This document shows positions 28,320 to 41,350 of a stretch of 64,000 nt of DNA, piece after piece. The notes under the pieces are model-generated. The model was not told where the DNA came from. It saw only the letters and a program-made list of their open reading frames with translations, and searched no databases. The position numbers and the translations under genes are program-made. The stretch covers positions 21,266,001 through 21,330,000 of the forward strand of contig OX597823.1 of the NCBI GenBank assembly GCA_951406725.2. The letters run 5' to 3'. Every line of letters begins with the position of its first letter. Position 1 is the first letter of the stretch. Origin of the DNA: Octopus vulgaris. Lineage: Eukaryota.

Positions 28320-28935
28320 CAACATCGACTGCTTGATTCAGAGTATGAACATCAATTACAATTGCAAAAAGCAACAGTAGAAACATTAGCAGTATTTAAA
28401 AATAACCACGATGATATGGTCAATGGCACCAGCAATAACATCAACTACAACGATCAGAGCAACATCAGCCACAACACGGTCAATATCATCAGCGACTGCA
28501 GCTTCTGTAATATTAGCAACGGCAGTAATGTTATCAACAGCAAATGCAGTAATATCAACAGCTGCAATAACATCCACATCAACCGTAGTAATATAAACAA
28601 CAGTAATAATCCGAACGACACAGAAACTAATAGCCACGATGATAACACAAGAGCAACAGTAACTTCATCAACATGAATAACAGTAACGTCCACAAAAACA
28701 ACAGTAACATGGCAGAGACCACTGTAACAACAATAACGTTCGTAATATCAAAACCAGCTACAACTGCAATAACAACAACTGTTATAACATCCAGAACAAC
28801 TGTGATATTAATACGAACACTAGTTAGAACAACAACAAACATATAAGCAGAAATAACTGTAGCAACAACAACACATCAAACACAGCAGCAAAACAGAGAA
28901 AAAAAAACAACATATGACTAGTAACAACAGTAAAG
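28320..28935. repeat. Decayed (AAC/AAT/AGC)n low-complexity tract
   Basis: Cryptic trinucleotide periodicity; ORFs here are N/S/T- or V/I-rich artefacts. Confidence 0.75.
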
Positions 28936-29449
28936 AGCATAGCAGGGCATGTAAAAGTATATTTAACTGAGGTATTTGATACAGTTAATCAATAAAGAAA
29001 AGGAAGACTTTAACTAATCGATAATGAAGGCTATGTTTGATCTCTTAATTTCGGTTTGATCTCAGAGTTTAGTTTCTTTATAGTTGCGTATGCGTATATG
29101 GGTGTGTACCGGTGTATATGCGTGTAGGCAAGCGATGTAATGTGTATGTGACGTATGCGTGTGTCTGTGTGCATGTATGCCTGCATGCCAATGTATGCTG
29201 TTGCATGTATGCGTGTGTACGCAACTGTATTTGTGTATGACAGCATCTGGTGCGAATATGTCTGTGTATACATACAGGTGTCTATAAGTGTGTGTAATCG
29301 TGTGCAATAGAGAGACGGACAGAGACAGACAGAGAGTGCGTGTAAGTGTGTGTGCGTGCGTCTGCATTCATTTAATTGATGGCTCTTATTCAAATAATAT
29401 ATAAATTTTATTACAAGTATTCAATATTATTTTTCCGTTTGTACATATG

Positions 29450-29499
<50 letters not shown>

Positions 29500-29968
29500 C
29501 ACATGCACACACACACGCACACACACATATTCGCACTCTCTCACACACAAATGCACACATACGTGCAAACGAGGACACTCGCGTATACATAATTACATAG
29601 CATTCTTTCCACGTCCCCTCTTCCTGGTCTGCATGGATTTCATAGGTCCTTCCCATAACACACCACTTCGCCATTTGCTGCGTTTCTTTGTCATCTCATT
29701 TCTGAGATTCAGTCTCCAGAATTAGCCTTTGACATTTCTGTATATTTCATTTTTAGTCTTTTTAATCTTGGGGTTCTTCTAACAGGTCAAAATCATGAAA
29801 TAAATATATACACACGCACATTCTATACGTGCATCCCTACAAGACTTGTTTTATTTATATTCCTGAGCGCCATACTAATACAATTGTTTGTTTATATTCC
29901 ACCTGCCTTCGTCTTTTGTTTATTTTCATAAAGCTTCCCGTTATATATATACATACATATATATATAT

Positions 29969-30035
<67 letters not shown>

Positions 30036-30063
30036 TATATTTATATATATATATATATATTTA

Positions 30064-30164
<101 letters not shown>

Positions 30165-30382
30165 TAATGAGGGTAATTTTAATTTTAAAATAGCAATGTT
30201 CTCAAACCGGTAAATTAACTGCGGTAATTTATTATCTGCGGGGTTATTTCCAGCAGTGGCGTGCGAAAATGAAGCCATTTGAAAAATACCACAAATACAT
30301 ATTATAGAACTGTACATGAGTTTTCTTTCGGGAAAACGTTTCTGTGTCTAGTTCTGGGAAATATGTTTTGAAATACGACAGA

Positions 30383-30453
30383 CTACGCTGAGGATTTACA
30401 GATACCTGCATTTTGGATTTTGCATGTATTAATAATGAAATCATGATACGTAG
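30383..30453 (+). ncRNA. Type I hammerhead ribozyme candidate
   Basis: CTACG CTGAGGA [tttacagATACcTGCA ttttggattt TGCAtGTATtaataat] GAAA TCATGA TA CGTAG. 5-bp stem I, intact core, palindromic ATCATGAT stem III, triplet AUA. Confidence 0.7.
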
Positions 30454-30653
30454 GTAAACGTTTTATTTTGTAAATTTTCATTTGCCTTGCTTATTTTTTA
30501 CATTTTGGCGTTTGCTATTTTTGTTTTTTTTTGTTGTTGTTTTTTTTGGCTTGAGAACACACTCTTTGTAGTAAGGCGATTTGACGTCTATTTCTAGCGT
30601 CTAGGAATCCACTTTAGTGGTCATTCCTCTTATTAATTGTAACACACACACAC

Positions 30654-30697
<44 letters not shown>

Positions 30698-31374
30698 GAC
30701 GGGCTTCTTTCAGGTTCTGTTTACCAAATCCACTATAGTAGAAGACACTTGCCTATGGTGCCACGCAGTAGGACTGAACCCGGAACCATGTGGTTGAAAA
30801 GCAAGCTTCTTACCACACAATACCAATGTCACATTCCTAATGCATGTGTTTAGTTTATGTGCTTATTACTTGTAGGGTTGAAAGGGAAAGAGAACACCGA
30901 CACTTTAAACACCGATTGTTATAAAACACTGAAAACATCAAACTGCTTATAATTCAAAACACGATAACAATTTGACTCGAACCCACATTACGTAAAAAGC
31001 AAACATCATCAAAAGCACCGAAAATCTGGAGATTTAGGCGTGTTCTACACTCGCCATGCGGAACTGAGTCAGACTGTAATTAATTGTATTGGGGGGTTAC
31101 TTTCGATTTTTCACTTAAATATGTTTGTATAAATGTGTGAATGTGTCAAAGGACACACATTCGTGTCCATAAAACATGATCAACGCTTTATTTTACCGAG
31201 CTCTCATTTTTAGTTCCCGACAAGAGAATCCATCATTTTAAGTAACTATTGATGGTATTTTAAATGAATATTATATTTATAGGACCTGTGCATACTATCT
31301 TCAGAGGGGAAACAATATACCTCTGGGTGTTTTACATGACTTTATGGATTCATTAAATATATATATATATGAAT

Positions 31375-31530
31375 TATGGAGTAAACTACCTGCGTCAGTT
31401 CTTAACTGTCGAGATACTACATCCTTCAAAACTTCTATGCAACAGTACACCTGATGATTTCCATCCCTGTTTCTTCTCTTTTTGTAGTTGTAATGCATCT
31501 GAGTATTGTATACAGCAATATCATAATACA
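31375..31530 (+). mobile_element. Short degenerate 3' end of the same CR1/L2-type LINE as 12241
   Basis: tggagtaaactacctgcgtcagtt...catccttcaa...acacctga...agttgtaatgcatctgagtattgtatac aligns with 12501-12640. Confidence 0.8.
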
Positions 31531-31562
31531 TACACACACATACATACACATATATGTATATG

Positions 31563-31595
<33 letters not shown>

Positions 31596-31849
31596 TAACC
31601 AGTGTTGTTCAAACGATGAATAGCTCTGCGTAAACCACTGGTTCGTTTTGTTCTCTTACTTTATTATCATCTTATAATCATCTCATAATAATGAATTTTA
31701 TGACTCGTATTACTACCTCAGTCAATCTAAATGTATATAGTTGTCGTTCCCTGTCATAAATAGCCTTTTTCTATTTGCAATATGCATTTTCGTTGATTTT
31801 TCATATTTTACCCTTACATTCCCACGTGTATTTTCTTTTCGTAACATTC

Positions 31850-31952
<103 letters not shown>

Positions 31953-32514
31953 CGTATATATATATACATATACATATTAAGTATGAAACAAATGGAAATT
32001 TTAATTTGATACTGCCTCAATTTGAGTTTGCCTTGTCCACTGTTACTTGTATGGAAAGCGACAAAAACCTCATCCAAGAATATCTCGGCTGCGGGTAGAT
32101 GTCATAGGAAAGACCCAAAAAGGTCGAAAGTGATCTCGCGTTCTTGATCCCCGTTACTGGGACAATTTTCTCCCCACTACCCCGATATCCGTTGTATTTT
32201 TACACACCATGTCCATAAGAAATATTACCTCCGGATGAACACCACAGTAACCAGCCTAACAATGGTTTATATACAATAAATATGATATATCGATGTGTAC
32301 CTGGGTGTATGCAAAACAAGGTACTTCTACGTAATGTTTGTGAATACGTCGCAAATATAGTTAAATTTGGAATACGTTTAATAAATATGCAATATAACCT
32401 AGGAGTACTAATATATATCATGATCAAAACACAAGCCAATCTCTGAAAAGCAATCTAATTTTTCCTGTTTTTACAAGCTGGTTAGGAAATTTTACCTGAA
32501 CTGATATATATATA

Positions 32515-32668
32515 TGTGGCTGTGTGGTAAGTAGCTTGCTAACCAGACACATGGTTCCGGGTTCAGTCCCACTGCGTGGCACCTTGGGCAAGTATCTTCT
32601 GCTATAGCTTCGGGCCGACCAAAGCCTTGTGAGGGGATTTGGTAGACGGAAACTGAAAGAAGCCCGTC

Positions 32669-32713
<45 letters not shown>

Positions 32714-32930
32714 CGTGTGTGTATTTGTGTGTCTGTGTTTGTCCCCCTAGCATTGCTTGACAACCGATGTTGATGTGTTTATGTCCCCGTTACATTAGCG
32801 GTTCGGCAAAAGAGACCGATAGAATAAGTATTAGGCTTACAAAAGAATAAGTCCCGGAGTCGAGTTGCTCGATTAAAGGCGGTGCTCCAGCATGGCCGCA
32901 GTCAAAATGACTGTAACAAGAAAAAGAAAA
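32515..32930 (+). mobile_element. SINE family B, full length with internal (TA)n
   Basis: Well-conserved head, accttgggcaagt CORE-like segment and tail. Confidence 0.93.
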
Positions 32931-33009
32931 ATATATATATACATACATATACACACATATATATATACATATATATATCAGTAAACAACACATAATATTA
33001 AATCTAACA

Positions 33010-33405
33010 AGGCGGTGAGCTGACAGAAATGTTAGCACGACGCGCGAAATGCTTAGCAGTGTTTCGTCTGTCTTTACGTTCTGAGTTCAAATTCTGCCGA
33101 GGTCGACTTTGCCTTTCATCCTTTCGGGGTCGATAAATTAAGTACCAGTTGTGTACTGATGTCGATCTAATCGACTGGCCCCCTTCCCAAAACAATTGGG
33201 AGACAGTGAGCTGGCAGAAGCTTTAGCATGCCGGGTAAAATGCTCAGCGGCATTTCGTCTCTCGTTACGTTCTGAGTTCAAATTCCGCCGAGGTCGAATT
33301 TAGCTTTCATCCTTTCGGGGTGGATAAATTAAGTACCAGCTGTGTACTGGAGTCGATCTAATTGACTGGACCCCTCCCGCAAAATTTCGGGCCTTGTGCC
33401 TAAAG
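33010..33405 (+). mobile_element. Two adjacent SINE family A monomers (tail 2)
   Basis: Heads at ~33010 and ~33203, each followed by the core and a ccccttccc/cccctcccgc tail. Confidence 0.9.
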
Positions 33406-33407
33406 TA

Positions 33408-33540
<133 letters not shown>

Positions 33541-35180
33541 CATCACTTCGTGAAAGTTATATATTAATTAACAAAATCACTAATAAAGAGTGTTTGTGGG
33601 TGAATTTCTATTTAAATTTGCATGTGTACATTTATTGAGCATAAATTTAGTATTGCTGTGCAGATAGATTTTATAGCTAAATGAGGTTCTTCTCTGTAAA
33701 GACCGGCGAACCTATGCATATAGGCTCAGGACGGTTGACTGTGTAAATTCGTTAACAAACTTCTCTTGCAATTCGACTCTCAAAATAAGTTCATCTTATT
33801 TAAACCCAGGTCATCCTAGTTTGAGCCATCTTACGATCAATTGCACTTCAGACATGACCTGACTTCATATTTAGTCAGTCTAAAAACAGTCAGTAAGCCA
33901 AAATATTCAAGCAGTGTGGGTTACATGGCTCACAGTTCAGATGAGTCAATTTAGAGCATGGTTTCAAAATTCTATAATAAATCTCTCGCAGGCAGCTTAC
34001 ATGCTAGAGAAAAAAAAATAATTTAAGTCTGAATGAAATATAATAGAGCACCTGAAAGAGAAGCATTATCTGCTATAATCTTTTATTTAGCAAACTACAA
34101 AAATGCCGGACGATAATAGCGTTCCTTTGTTTAACGTTTCTGTGAAAACGGACGTAGAAATAAGTTTCAGCTTCATTCCAAAACTTTCGGGCATTACAAA
34201 TATATACACAATACAATCAGGCATAAATTCTAAGGGCTTAATGTGTATTTGCTGCAATGTAAAAAAAGCAGATCACTCAATGGAAGATAACTTTAAAAAT
34301 GCATTAACTTCTATGCCGAAGTAAAACCAGAGTTTCTTCTTGTAATGTACGGCTCATTCATCATCCACGTATTTTATCTGTGTAAAAATATATCTTTTGG
34401 AGATGGCGTCTCGGAAGAGGATGCTGATGAGTCAAAAATTAAGCTTCTACGTAGCAGCCCTGCCTGTTACAAATAACAGGTAAATCTCCCTCAGTTTATA
34501 GCCTACCATTTTAACAAAATGAAAGAAAGGAGACATTGGACAACGTAGTCGTAGATACATGATGCTTAAGTCTAGACAGCATTTAATCATAGGTTCGTTT
34601 GATGAATGTTGACCTTGAGACTAAACGACAGCGGCTATATTTCCAAATATAATTTTCTACGTCTTATATGAACAGAAGATTTGTGTTGTTTTGTCTTGAG
34701 GATATAACAATGCTAAGAATTGCCAGATCAATTTTAATTTTACAGACAACAGAGAAAATGAATCTGAGGTGCTATCTGTTGCAATGAAAAGAAAACTTTA
34801 TATACCAAGGTCCTGGAAAGTCAATATCTTCAGCGGAGAAATAGTTTGTTTTCTACAAAATTTGTTGCTGAAGTGAAGTCTGTGGAAAATATGGTTATGA
34901 TTATGCTGTTCAGTGGAGGAAGTGATGTTCTCTAAACATTATAGCAATATTTCCACAGACGTCTAAATTACGGATGTAGTTTCGGGAAACAATGAGCTTC
35001 GATCGGTGACCTTCATATTAGAATAGCGATGAATTCCAATAATCATTCTGAGATAATCATCGTTCCAAGTGGATCAAATATGAGACAATGGCTCACATTC
35101 TACATGTGCGTGCGCGCGTGTTTTTATGCATGTGTGTGTGTGTGTGTGTGTGTGGTGCGTGTGTGCGTGTCACTATTTTA

Positions 35181-36048
35181 TGAGTTAGTATCAAATGGTT
35201 ACTGGAATAGTTCTGTAGCGCGCCAACAGATAGCAGCACACGGTTCTGTGCGCAGTGAGAGCTAGCAGTGACCTTCATGAGGTAGTGTGCCGAGTGATAT
35301 CACTGTGTTTTTCTCATTAGCTCTATGCTGTAGTCTGCGATTTTTGTCATGGACAGGAAGTCGGAACAAGGAGCCAAAATAGAATTTTACGTTAAACTTT
35401 GGAAGTCTGCTACAAAAACATTGAGCATGCTTCGACAAGTTTATGGTGACAAGGCAATGGGTCACAAGCAATGTTTCGAGTGGCACGAGCACTTCAAAAG
35501 CGGAAGAACGTCCCTGGAAAATGATGAGCCATCTGGAAGGCCTGCCATGAGCGGCACCCACCGAAATGTAGTATTGTGTATCGAGAATTCGTGCCCCAGG
35601 GCCCGAACGTCAATCGAGTATTCCACTGCTACGTTTTCGAGAGTTTGAAGGAGGACATTCGGTGAAAGCAATCGGATCTGTGGAGCGCGAAGAATTAGAT
35701 TCTTCACCAAGCTCTCCTGATTCATGAGTTTCTCGCCCAAAAATATGGTAACGCTCTCACACCCACCCTATTCGCCAAGATTAACCCCTGCAGACTTCCA
35801 TCTCTTCCTCAAGATGAAAGTGCAGCTCAAAAGTCGCCATTTTAATACTGCTGCTGAAATTCAGAGCGTATCACAGAAGATCCACTCGCTTTCGGAAAAC
35901 GACTTCCAATCCGGATCCCAAATGTGGCGACAATACTGCGTATTGCTGCGCAAGGTGACTATTTCCAAGGAAATGATCTTAAAACTAGAGTAAATAAGTT
36001 ATTCTTTATTAAGCATAACTAGTCCAGAAGCCTTTTGATACTACCTCG
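35181..36048 (+). mobile_element. Tc1/mariner DNA transposon, internally deleted, disrupted transposase
   Basis: TIRs tgagttagtatcaaatggttactggaatagt / actagtccagaagccttttgatactacctcg, with TA on both flanks. N-terminal HTH (EQGAKIEFYVKLWKSATKTLSMLRQVYGD...FEWHEHFKSGRTSLENDEPSGRP) and C-terminal HPPYSPRLTPADFHLF (YSPDLAP.D motif variant). Confidence 0.93.
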
Positions 36049-36220
36049 TATTTAGCATGCAGAACACTCCTGCGGGATATTTGCTCTCAACTAAATTGTT
36101 GGAATGCATAATGAAGTACAATGTTTCCCCTACCTTCTCTCTCTCCCTCTCTTTCTCTCCCCATCTCTCTCTTTCTCTCTGTATGAATATTTATATATAT
36201 GGGTGTGTGTCTTCTTCTTC

Positions 36221-36257
<37 letters not shown>

Positions 36258-36279
36258 ACAAGCACAATGACACATATAT

Positions 36280-36511
36280 ATTTCTTTATTGCCCACAAGG
36301 GGATAAACATAGAGGGGACAAACAAAGACAGACAAACGGATTAAGTCGATTATATCGACCCCAGTGCAAAACTGGTACTTATTTAATCGACCCCGAAAGG
36401 ATGAAAGGCAAAGTCGACCTCGGCGGAATTTGAACTCAGAACGTAACGATAGACGAAAATACCGCTAAGCATTTCGCCCGGCATGCTAACGTGTCTGCCA
36501 GCTCGCCGCCT
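36280..36511 (-). mobile_element. SINE family A monomer, tail 1
   Basis: Near-consensus copy with full ggcggcgagctggcaga head. Confidence 0.93.
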
Positions 36512-36769
36512 CCACACTCACATATATATATACTGACTACACCAAGTTTACCCAACATACTCCGCTAACGCGGTCCTATATGGCTGGTGTTTTTAGACGT
36601 TTCCTTAAAGATCAAATCTGCCGCATAATATTACATTTTTTTTTTATTTTAAACATCAGTTGTATTTATTAACACTAGTAGAAATGACGACATTTTGCCT
36701 GAAGTTTTGTTCTCAGAGTTGTGTCGTGTAAAGCTGTGGGGAAAATGGCGGCAGATATATACGTTTTGT

Positions 36770-36898
36770 TTCTTCTTCTTCTTCTTCTTCTTCTTCTTCT
36801 TCTTCTTCTTCTTCTTCTTCTTCTTCTTCTTCTTCTTCTTCTTCTTCTTCTTCTTCTTCTTCTTCTTCTTCTTCTTCTTCTTCTTCTTCTTCTTCTTC

Positions 36899-36944
<46 letters not shown>

Positions 36945-36955
36945 TTATTATTATT
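36770..36955. repeat. (CTT)n then (ATT)n compound microsatellite
   Basis: Direct reading; source of poly-F and poly-L ORFs. Confidence 0.97.
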
Positions 36956-36957
36956 GT

Positions 36958-37505
36958 TTGAGAGGGCAGTATGCCATCAACGTGGTCTGAGTTAAAATCT
37001 CAATACACCAATCATGACTACCCGCCTGATAAGGTACATTTAATCATAGGTTCGTGTACACATCACAACCATATGTGCGCGACATGGTGATTTCATATCA
37101 AGAAAACAGCGCATGACCTTGCAGGTGGGGCCCAGTTAGAAGTTTCTTCTGGTCGAGTAACCCATCCGCTCAAAAGGTCACTGAATAGGGATTGTTTAAA
37201 GATGTTGAACGAAACACCCATGTTTCAAAGGTGAATTATTCAGACCTCCAAGAATCCCTCTCAACACACGGCTATGATGCTCCCCCTCTACTTCTGCTTG
37301 TGATCAGAGATGCGCATATCGCCAGCCACTAAGGGACATGCTCAACTGGTTAAGGTCAAACAACTGACAAACAAATCTGTGGTACTGAACAGAATATTTG
37401 CTGTAGCCCATCTTTTATACCAAGACAAATCAATGTACATGATAACACTTCCAATCAGTTAAGATCAGAAGCCATGAGAGCCACTGTCTGGTACTGCATC
37501 GGGGT
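36958..37505 (-). mobile_element. ~550-bp non-coding interspersed element inserted in (ATT)n, copy 1
   Basis: Clear homology to 43223-43685 and 53538-54073 (catgactacccg.ctgataagg, gaccttgcaggtggggcccagttag, gtgatcagagatgc, agcccatcttttataccaagacaaa). Strand inferred from the truncation pattern. Confidence 0.85.
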
Positions 37506-37584
37506 TTATTATTATTATTGTTGTTGTTGTTGTTGCTGTTGTTGTTGTTGTTATTATTATTCTAGGTTGTTGTTGTGATTATTA

Positions 37585-37626
<42 letters not shown>

Positions 37627-38109
37627 GTGTGCTGCGAATCGTGTGAGTGATATGGAGAATTATGGCATTAGTTCTTCACTTTGTAGGATGGACCATTAGT
37701 AAAACTCTATTATTGTCAAGTCTATTTGACACTCAAAGAAGTGGAGCTCCTACTTAAAGAAACAGAGAGTACCGGCATTATAGCATGGCCCTCCTTGTTC
37801 TCGAAGCTCAGAGTCACAGAGATGGTGGTAACTTGGTGGACTTCAGAGCGAATACCACTGTAAAGTCCTTACTGAGCTACACATCGTTTCCGTGGTAACA
37901 TTCCGACCGTAGAAACACGTAAAATGTACAGATTGCGACATTACAAGATGATTTAATAGCAACAGAGGTATCGAAGGCCTGAATAAAGTATATGCTTAGT
38001 TTTAAGGAACCATCATAGAATGTTTGCAGAATATAACCGACAACCAACATCATGTAGCCTTAAATTCTCCTTTCTCTTATATTTCTTCGAAACTTGCAAT
38101 CTATTTTCT

Positions 38110-38198
38110 TATGCCCTGATGAAAGGGACATTGCCAGTGTGAAATTGAAGGATTCATGCCTTGCAGACAAATAGACTCCAGAAACGGCCGTCGAAATA
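38110..38198 (+). ncRNA. Decayed type I hammerhead ribozyme with long stem II
   Basis: TATGCC CTGATGA [58 nt] GAAAC GGCC GTC GAAATA. Intact core, palindromic ACGGCCGT stem III, triplet GUC. Stem I pairs 4 of 6 and the stem II base is imperfect. Confidence 0.55.
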
Positions 38199-38596
38199 CA
38201 TTTTATATGGTGCTATAACCCTCTATAAGCATTTCTTTTGAACTCTGAAAACAAACTTATCCTTGTTATTTCTCTGACTCTTAAAATCCATCATTTAGAT
38301 CTCTCACTGCCGTCGATGTATCTTCTAACCTTTAATTCTTTATTTAACATTTTTGATTTAAAAATTAATATGATTTTTTAAAATCTATGCATCACACTTT
38401 ATTTATTTATCCTTTTCACGTACATTTTTACCTAATGTCTTTCTTATTTCTATTCTAAATGTTGTATTGATATGTTTCTCATCTTGGTGTATTTATTGAC
38501 TTGATGTATATCATAATTATAAGATGATTATCTAAATTTTGTCTCTTCTTTAAACAAGTTATATAAAATATATATATATATCTGTATATATGTATA

Positions 38597-38683
<87 letters not shown>

Positions 38684-39415
38684 ATGTATGTATACATACA
38701 TATATACTTATACATATATGTATATTTATATATATATTCTTTAGATGCACACACACGCATACAAACACACAAAAACACACACACATATTGTACATTTTAA
38801 CACACAGAAAACACAAACACACCCACATATATACTGACATGATTATATGATTATATGAATATGTATGCGTACGTGTATGTATGTATGCATGTATGTATGT
38901 ATGTGTGTGCGTATGTGTGTGTATGTGTGTGTGTGTATATATTTATACGCACACACATCGCGGAAAGAAATAATGAAATTACACTTGTTTAGTTAGAGAG
39001 CTAAATGCTTCAATAGTCGGCTACACTGGTGTTATAGTCATGGTAATACCATCAACAAATTCCCTCCAGACTTCCCTTTGTTTTCCGACTTTGTTTTGTC
39101 ACTATTTATGTATGCATATAACGTCCTGTAATGCACAGCAAAAGCACTGCTCACATCGACGGAAGTCTGACTGTATTTTTTCCCCATTTTTTTTTCCAAA
39201 TCACTAAAACAGTTTTCCCATGAGATAACCGCATTTTAGAGACAGGCCTAAACGAGTCTTTTTTTTTTCCTGTTTCTGATGGGCCACAAATACAATTTTC
39301 GGGCGATAGGTGCCAAACGTCTCAACGAATATTTTGAAAAGAAAGCAAAAGGATATAACTTCATTGCAAGCAAACAAATCCACACACACACACACACATA
39401 CACACACATTCATAG

Positions 39416-39470
<55 letters not shown>

Positions 39471-39485
39471 CATATATACATATAT

Positions 39486-39542
<57 letters not shown>

Positions 39543-39643
39543 CATATATACATCATTTGAAGACTAAAACAAAGCGAAGCGCATTGTGACCAGCGATATG
39601 TGGCAACATCTGATAGCCTGGTCGGTCACGTGATCACATATAT

Positions 39644-39681
<38 letters not shown>

Positions 39682-39704
39682 ATATATATACATATATATA
39701 CATG

Positions 39705-40155
39705 TACTGACCTGCCATCAGCGTGACAATCACCGGTTGGCGAGGGGAAGTTAATCTCAGTGCAAATATATATACTTTTCCCAGTGACGAAATGTCACTT
39801 GGGCCCGTGTGTATCACGCCAGGCTGGTGATAGGAACGATGAGTTCCCTTTGCAATTACTGACAGGGCACAGAGAGTGTGTCAATAGCCAGTTCGAGGAA
39901 TTGTGTGCCTGAGGCTACAAGATACAGTAGCATATATATATATATATATTTGCATTGAGATTCATTACCCATCGCCGATCGGCATTTGTCACACGGTGAT
40001 GACGGGTCAATAACCAGAAACTTGAGTCCGTGTGTATCACGTTAGGCTGAAGAAGGGAACGATGACTTCCCTTTACAAATACTTATAAGGTACAGATAGT
40101 GTGCCAATAGCCAGCTGGAGGAATTGTCTTCATGAGACTACAAGCTACAGTAGAA
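39705..40155. mobile_element. PLE pseudo-LTR-like composite: inverted segment plus direct repeat
   Basis: 39708-39776 is inverted relative to 39942-40010, and 39797-39932 is a direct repeat of 40020-40154. Confidence 0.8.
39990..40034 (+). ncRNA. Type I hammerhead ribozyme with C3>G substitution
   Basis: CACACG gTGATGA C GG gtcaataa CC A GAAA C ttga G TC CGTGTG. Perfect 6-bp stem I and GUC triplet; the inverted sister copy at ~39715-39728 retains CTGATG. Confidence 0.65.
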
Positions 40156-40164
40156 TCGACATAC

Positions 40165-40200
<36 letters not shown>

Positions 40201-40349
40201 CCAAAGACGAATACAGTGTACGTTCAAACACAAAAGAGGTACCCGAAAAATAGGATATCTGACTCGCTAGAAAGAGCAGTTAAAACTCCAAGCCACCAAT
40301 TGTTGTAATTCCGAAAGTGATTGGAAAATAAAAACTTTTACCTTATTAT

Positions 40350-40436
40350 CCTAGACCCTGCAAGGTTTCTGCAGACTTAAATACAGATTGAAATAAAATA
40401 TTTTCAGTCTATATCTGGCGCTGCTTCTTCAGTAGG
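40350..40436 (-). ncRNA. Type I hammerhead ribozyme
   Basis: Minus strand: CCTA CTGAAGA A GCAG [~45 nt] CTGC A GAAA CCT tgca GGG TC TAGG. All three stems pair, loop III is the palindrome TGCA, triplet GUC. Confidence 0.8.
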
Positions 40437-41264
40437 TTGCCAGGACTGAACACATAGGCACGGAGCGATAAATAACCCGCCACGTGTCTATAGGTCCTAA
40501 TTTTTCGAATCTATATATATATGTATGTATGTATGTATATATATATATAACGTATTCCAGTCAACTACGATCGAAAAAACAAAACTCGAGAAGGGTGAAA
40601 ATTAGCCAACAGAATAAAACTACATACACGTACTCAATGAGAACTGAGGTTCACGAGAAATCAGGAAACAGGTCATTGAGGAAAAAATCCCTCAGACCCA
40701 ATGACTATCCGATGCAACAACGTCACAGGTAACATAGTTGGATTAGTTTGTACCTGTTATGCCAGCCATCACACACACAAACACACACACCTGAATTTAT
40801 ACATATATGTATGTATTAGGCATATGTCGTATTTATTGATCTCTCTTTTTCTCTCCCCCCTCTCTCTCTCTCTCTCTCTCCCTTAGTTTACCCAATAGAT
40901 TTCGATGACGAAGATGAATGCGCCTGAAACCCGTTCATTGCATTCATCACCAAATCCCCGCCCATACTGTAGCTTTCAAGAAATTTCAGATTATTGATTT
41001 CATTAGAGTTCTCCCCACCCCGCCTACGCTGAGTTAGGTTTTGTCTTAAATTCTTAGAAAAGCGATTAATCAAAATTTTTAATTTATTGCCTACTACGCG
41101 TATGCGCGCACACAGTCACACATACATACACATAACACAAACACACACACACAAATACGTATATACACACACACACACATACACTTAGACTTTCCCTAAA
41201 GAAATAATTACTTTGGTTTGTCACCACCAAACGTGATGTCAAGTCTCTGCTTCTGAAGTAGAAA

Positions 41265-41350
41265 CTCTGGCCAATCAACGCCGAGCATCTCTAACCAGGC
41301 TCTGTAGGTGCATTATATAAATTGATAGCCGCTTCTCGTAAATTATTCGT
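41265..41350 (+). promoter_or_regulatory. Possible Pol II core promoter (CCAAT, TATA, Inr-like)
   Basis: ggCCAATc ~41271, TATATAAA 41314-41321, ttattc ~30 bp downstream, in a repeat-free island with GC-box and CRE-like motifs nearby. No downstream gene identified. Confidence 0.25.

Noticed and set aside
28362-28842. Asn/Ser/Thr-rich ORFs
   Set aside because: Decayed trinucleotide low-complexity tract open in several frames on both strands.
35278-35290. tgaggtagt let-7 seed-like match
   Set aside because: Lies inside the mariner relic; the rest of let-7 and a precursor hairpin are absent.
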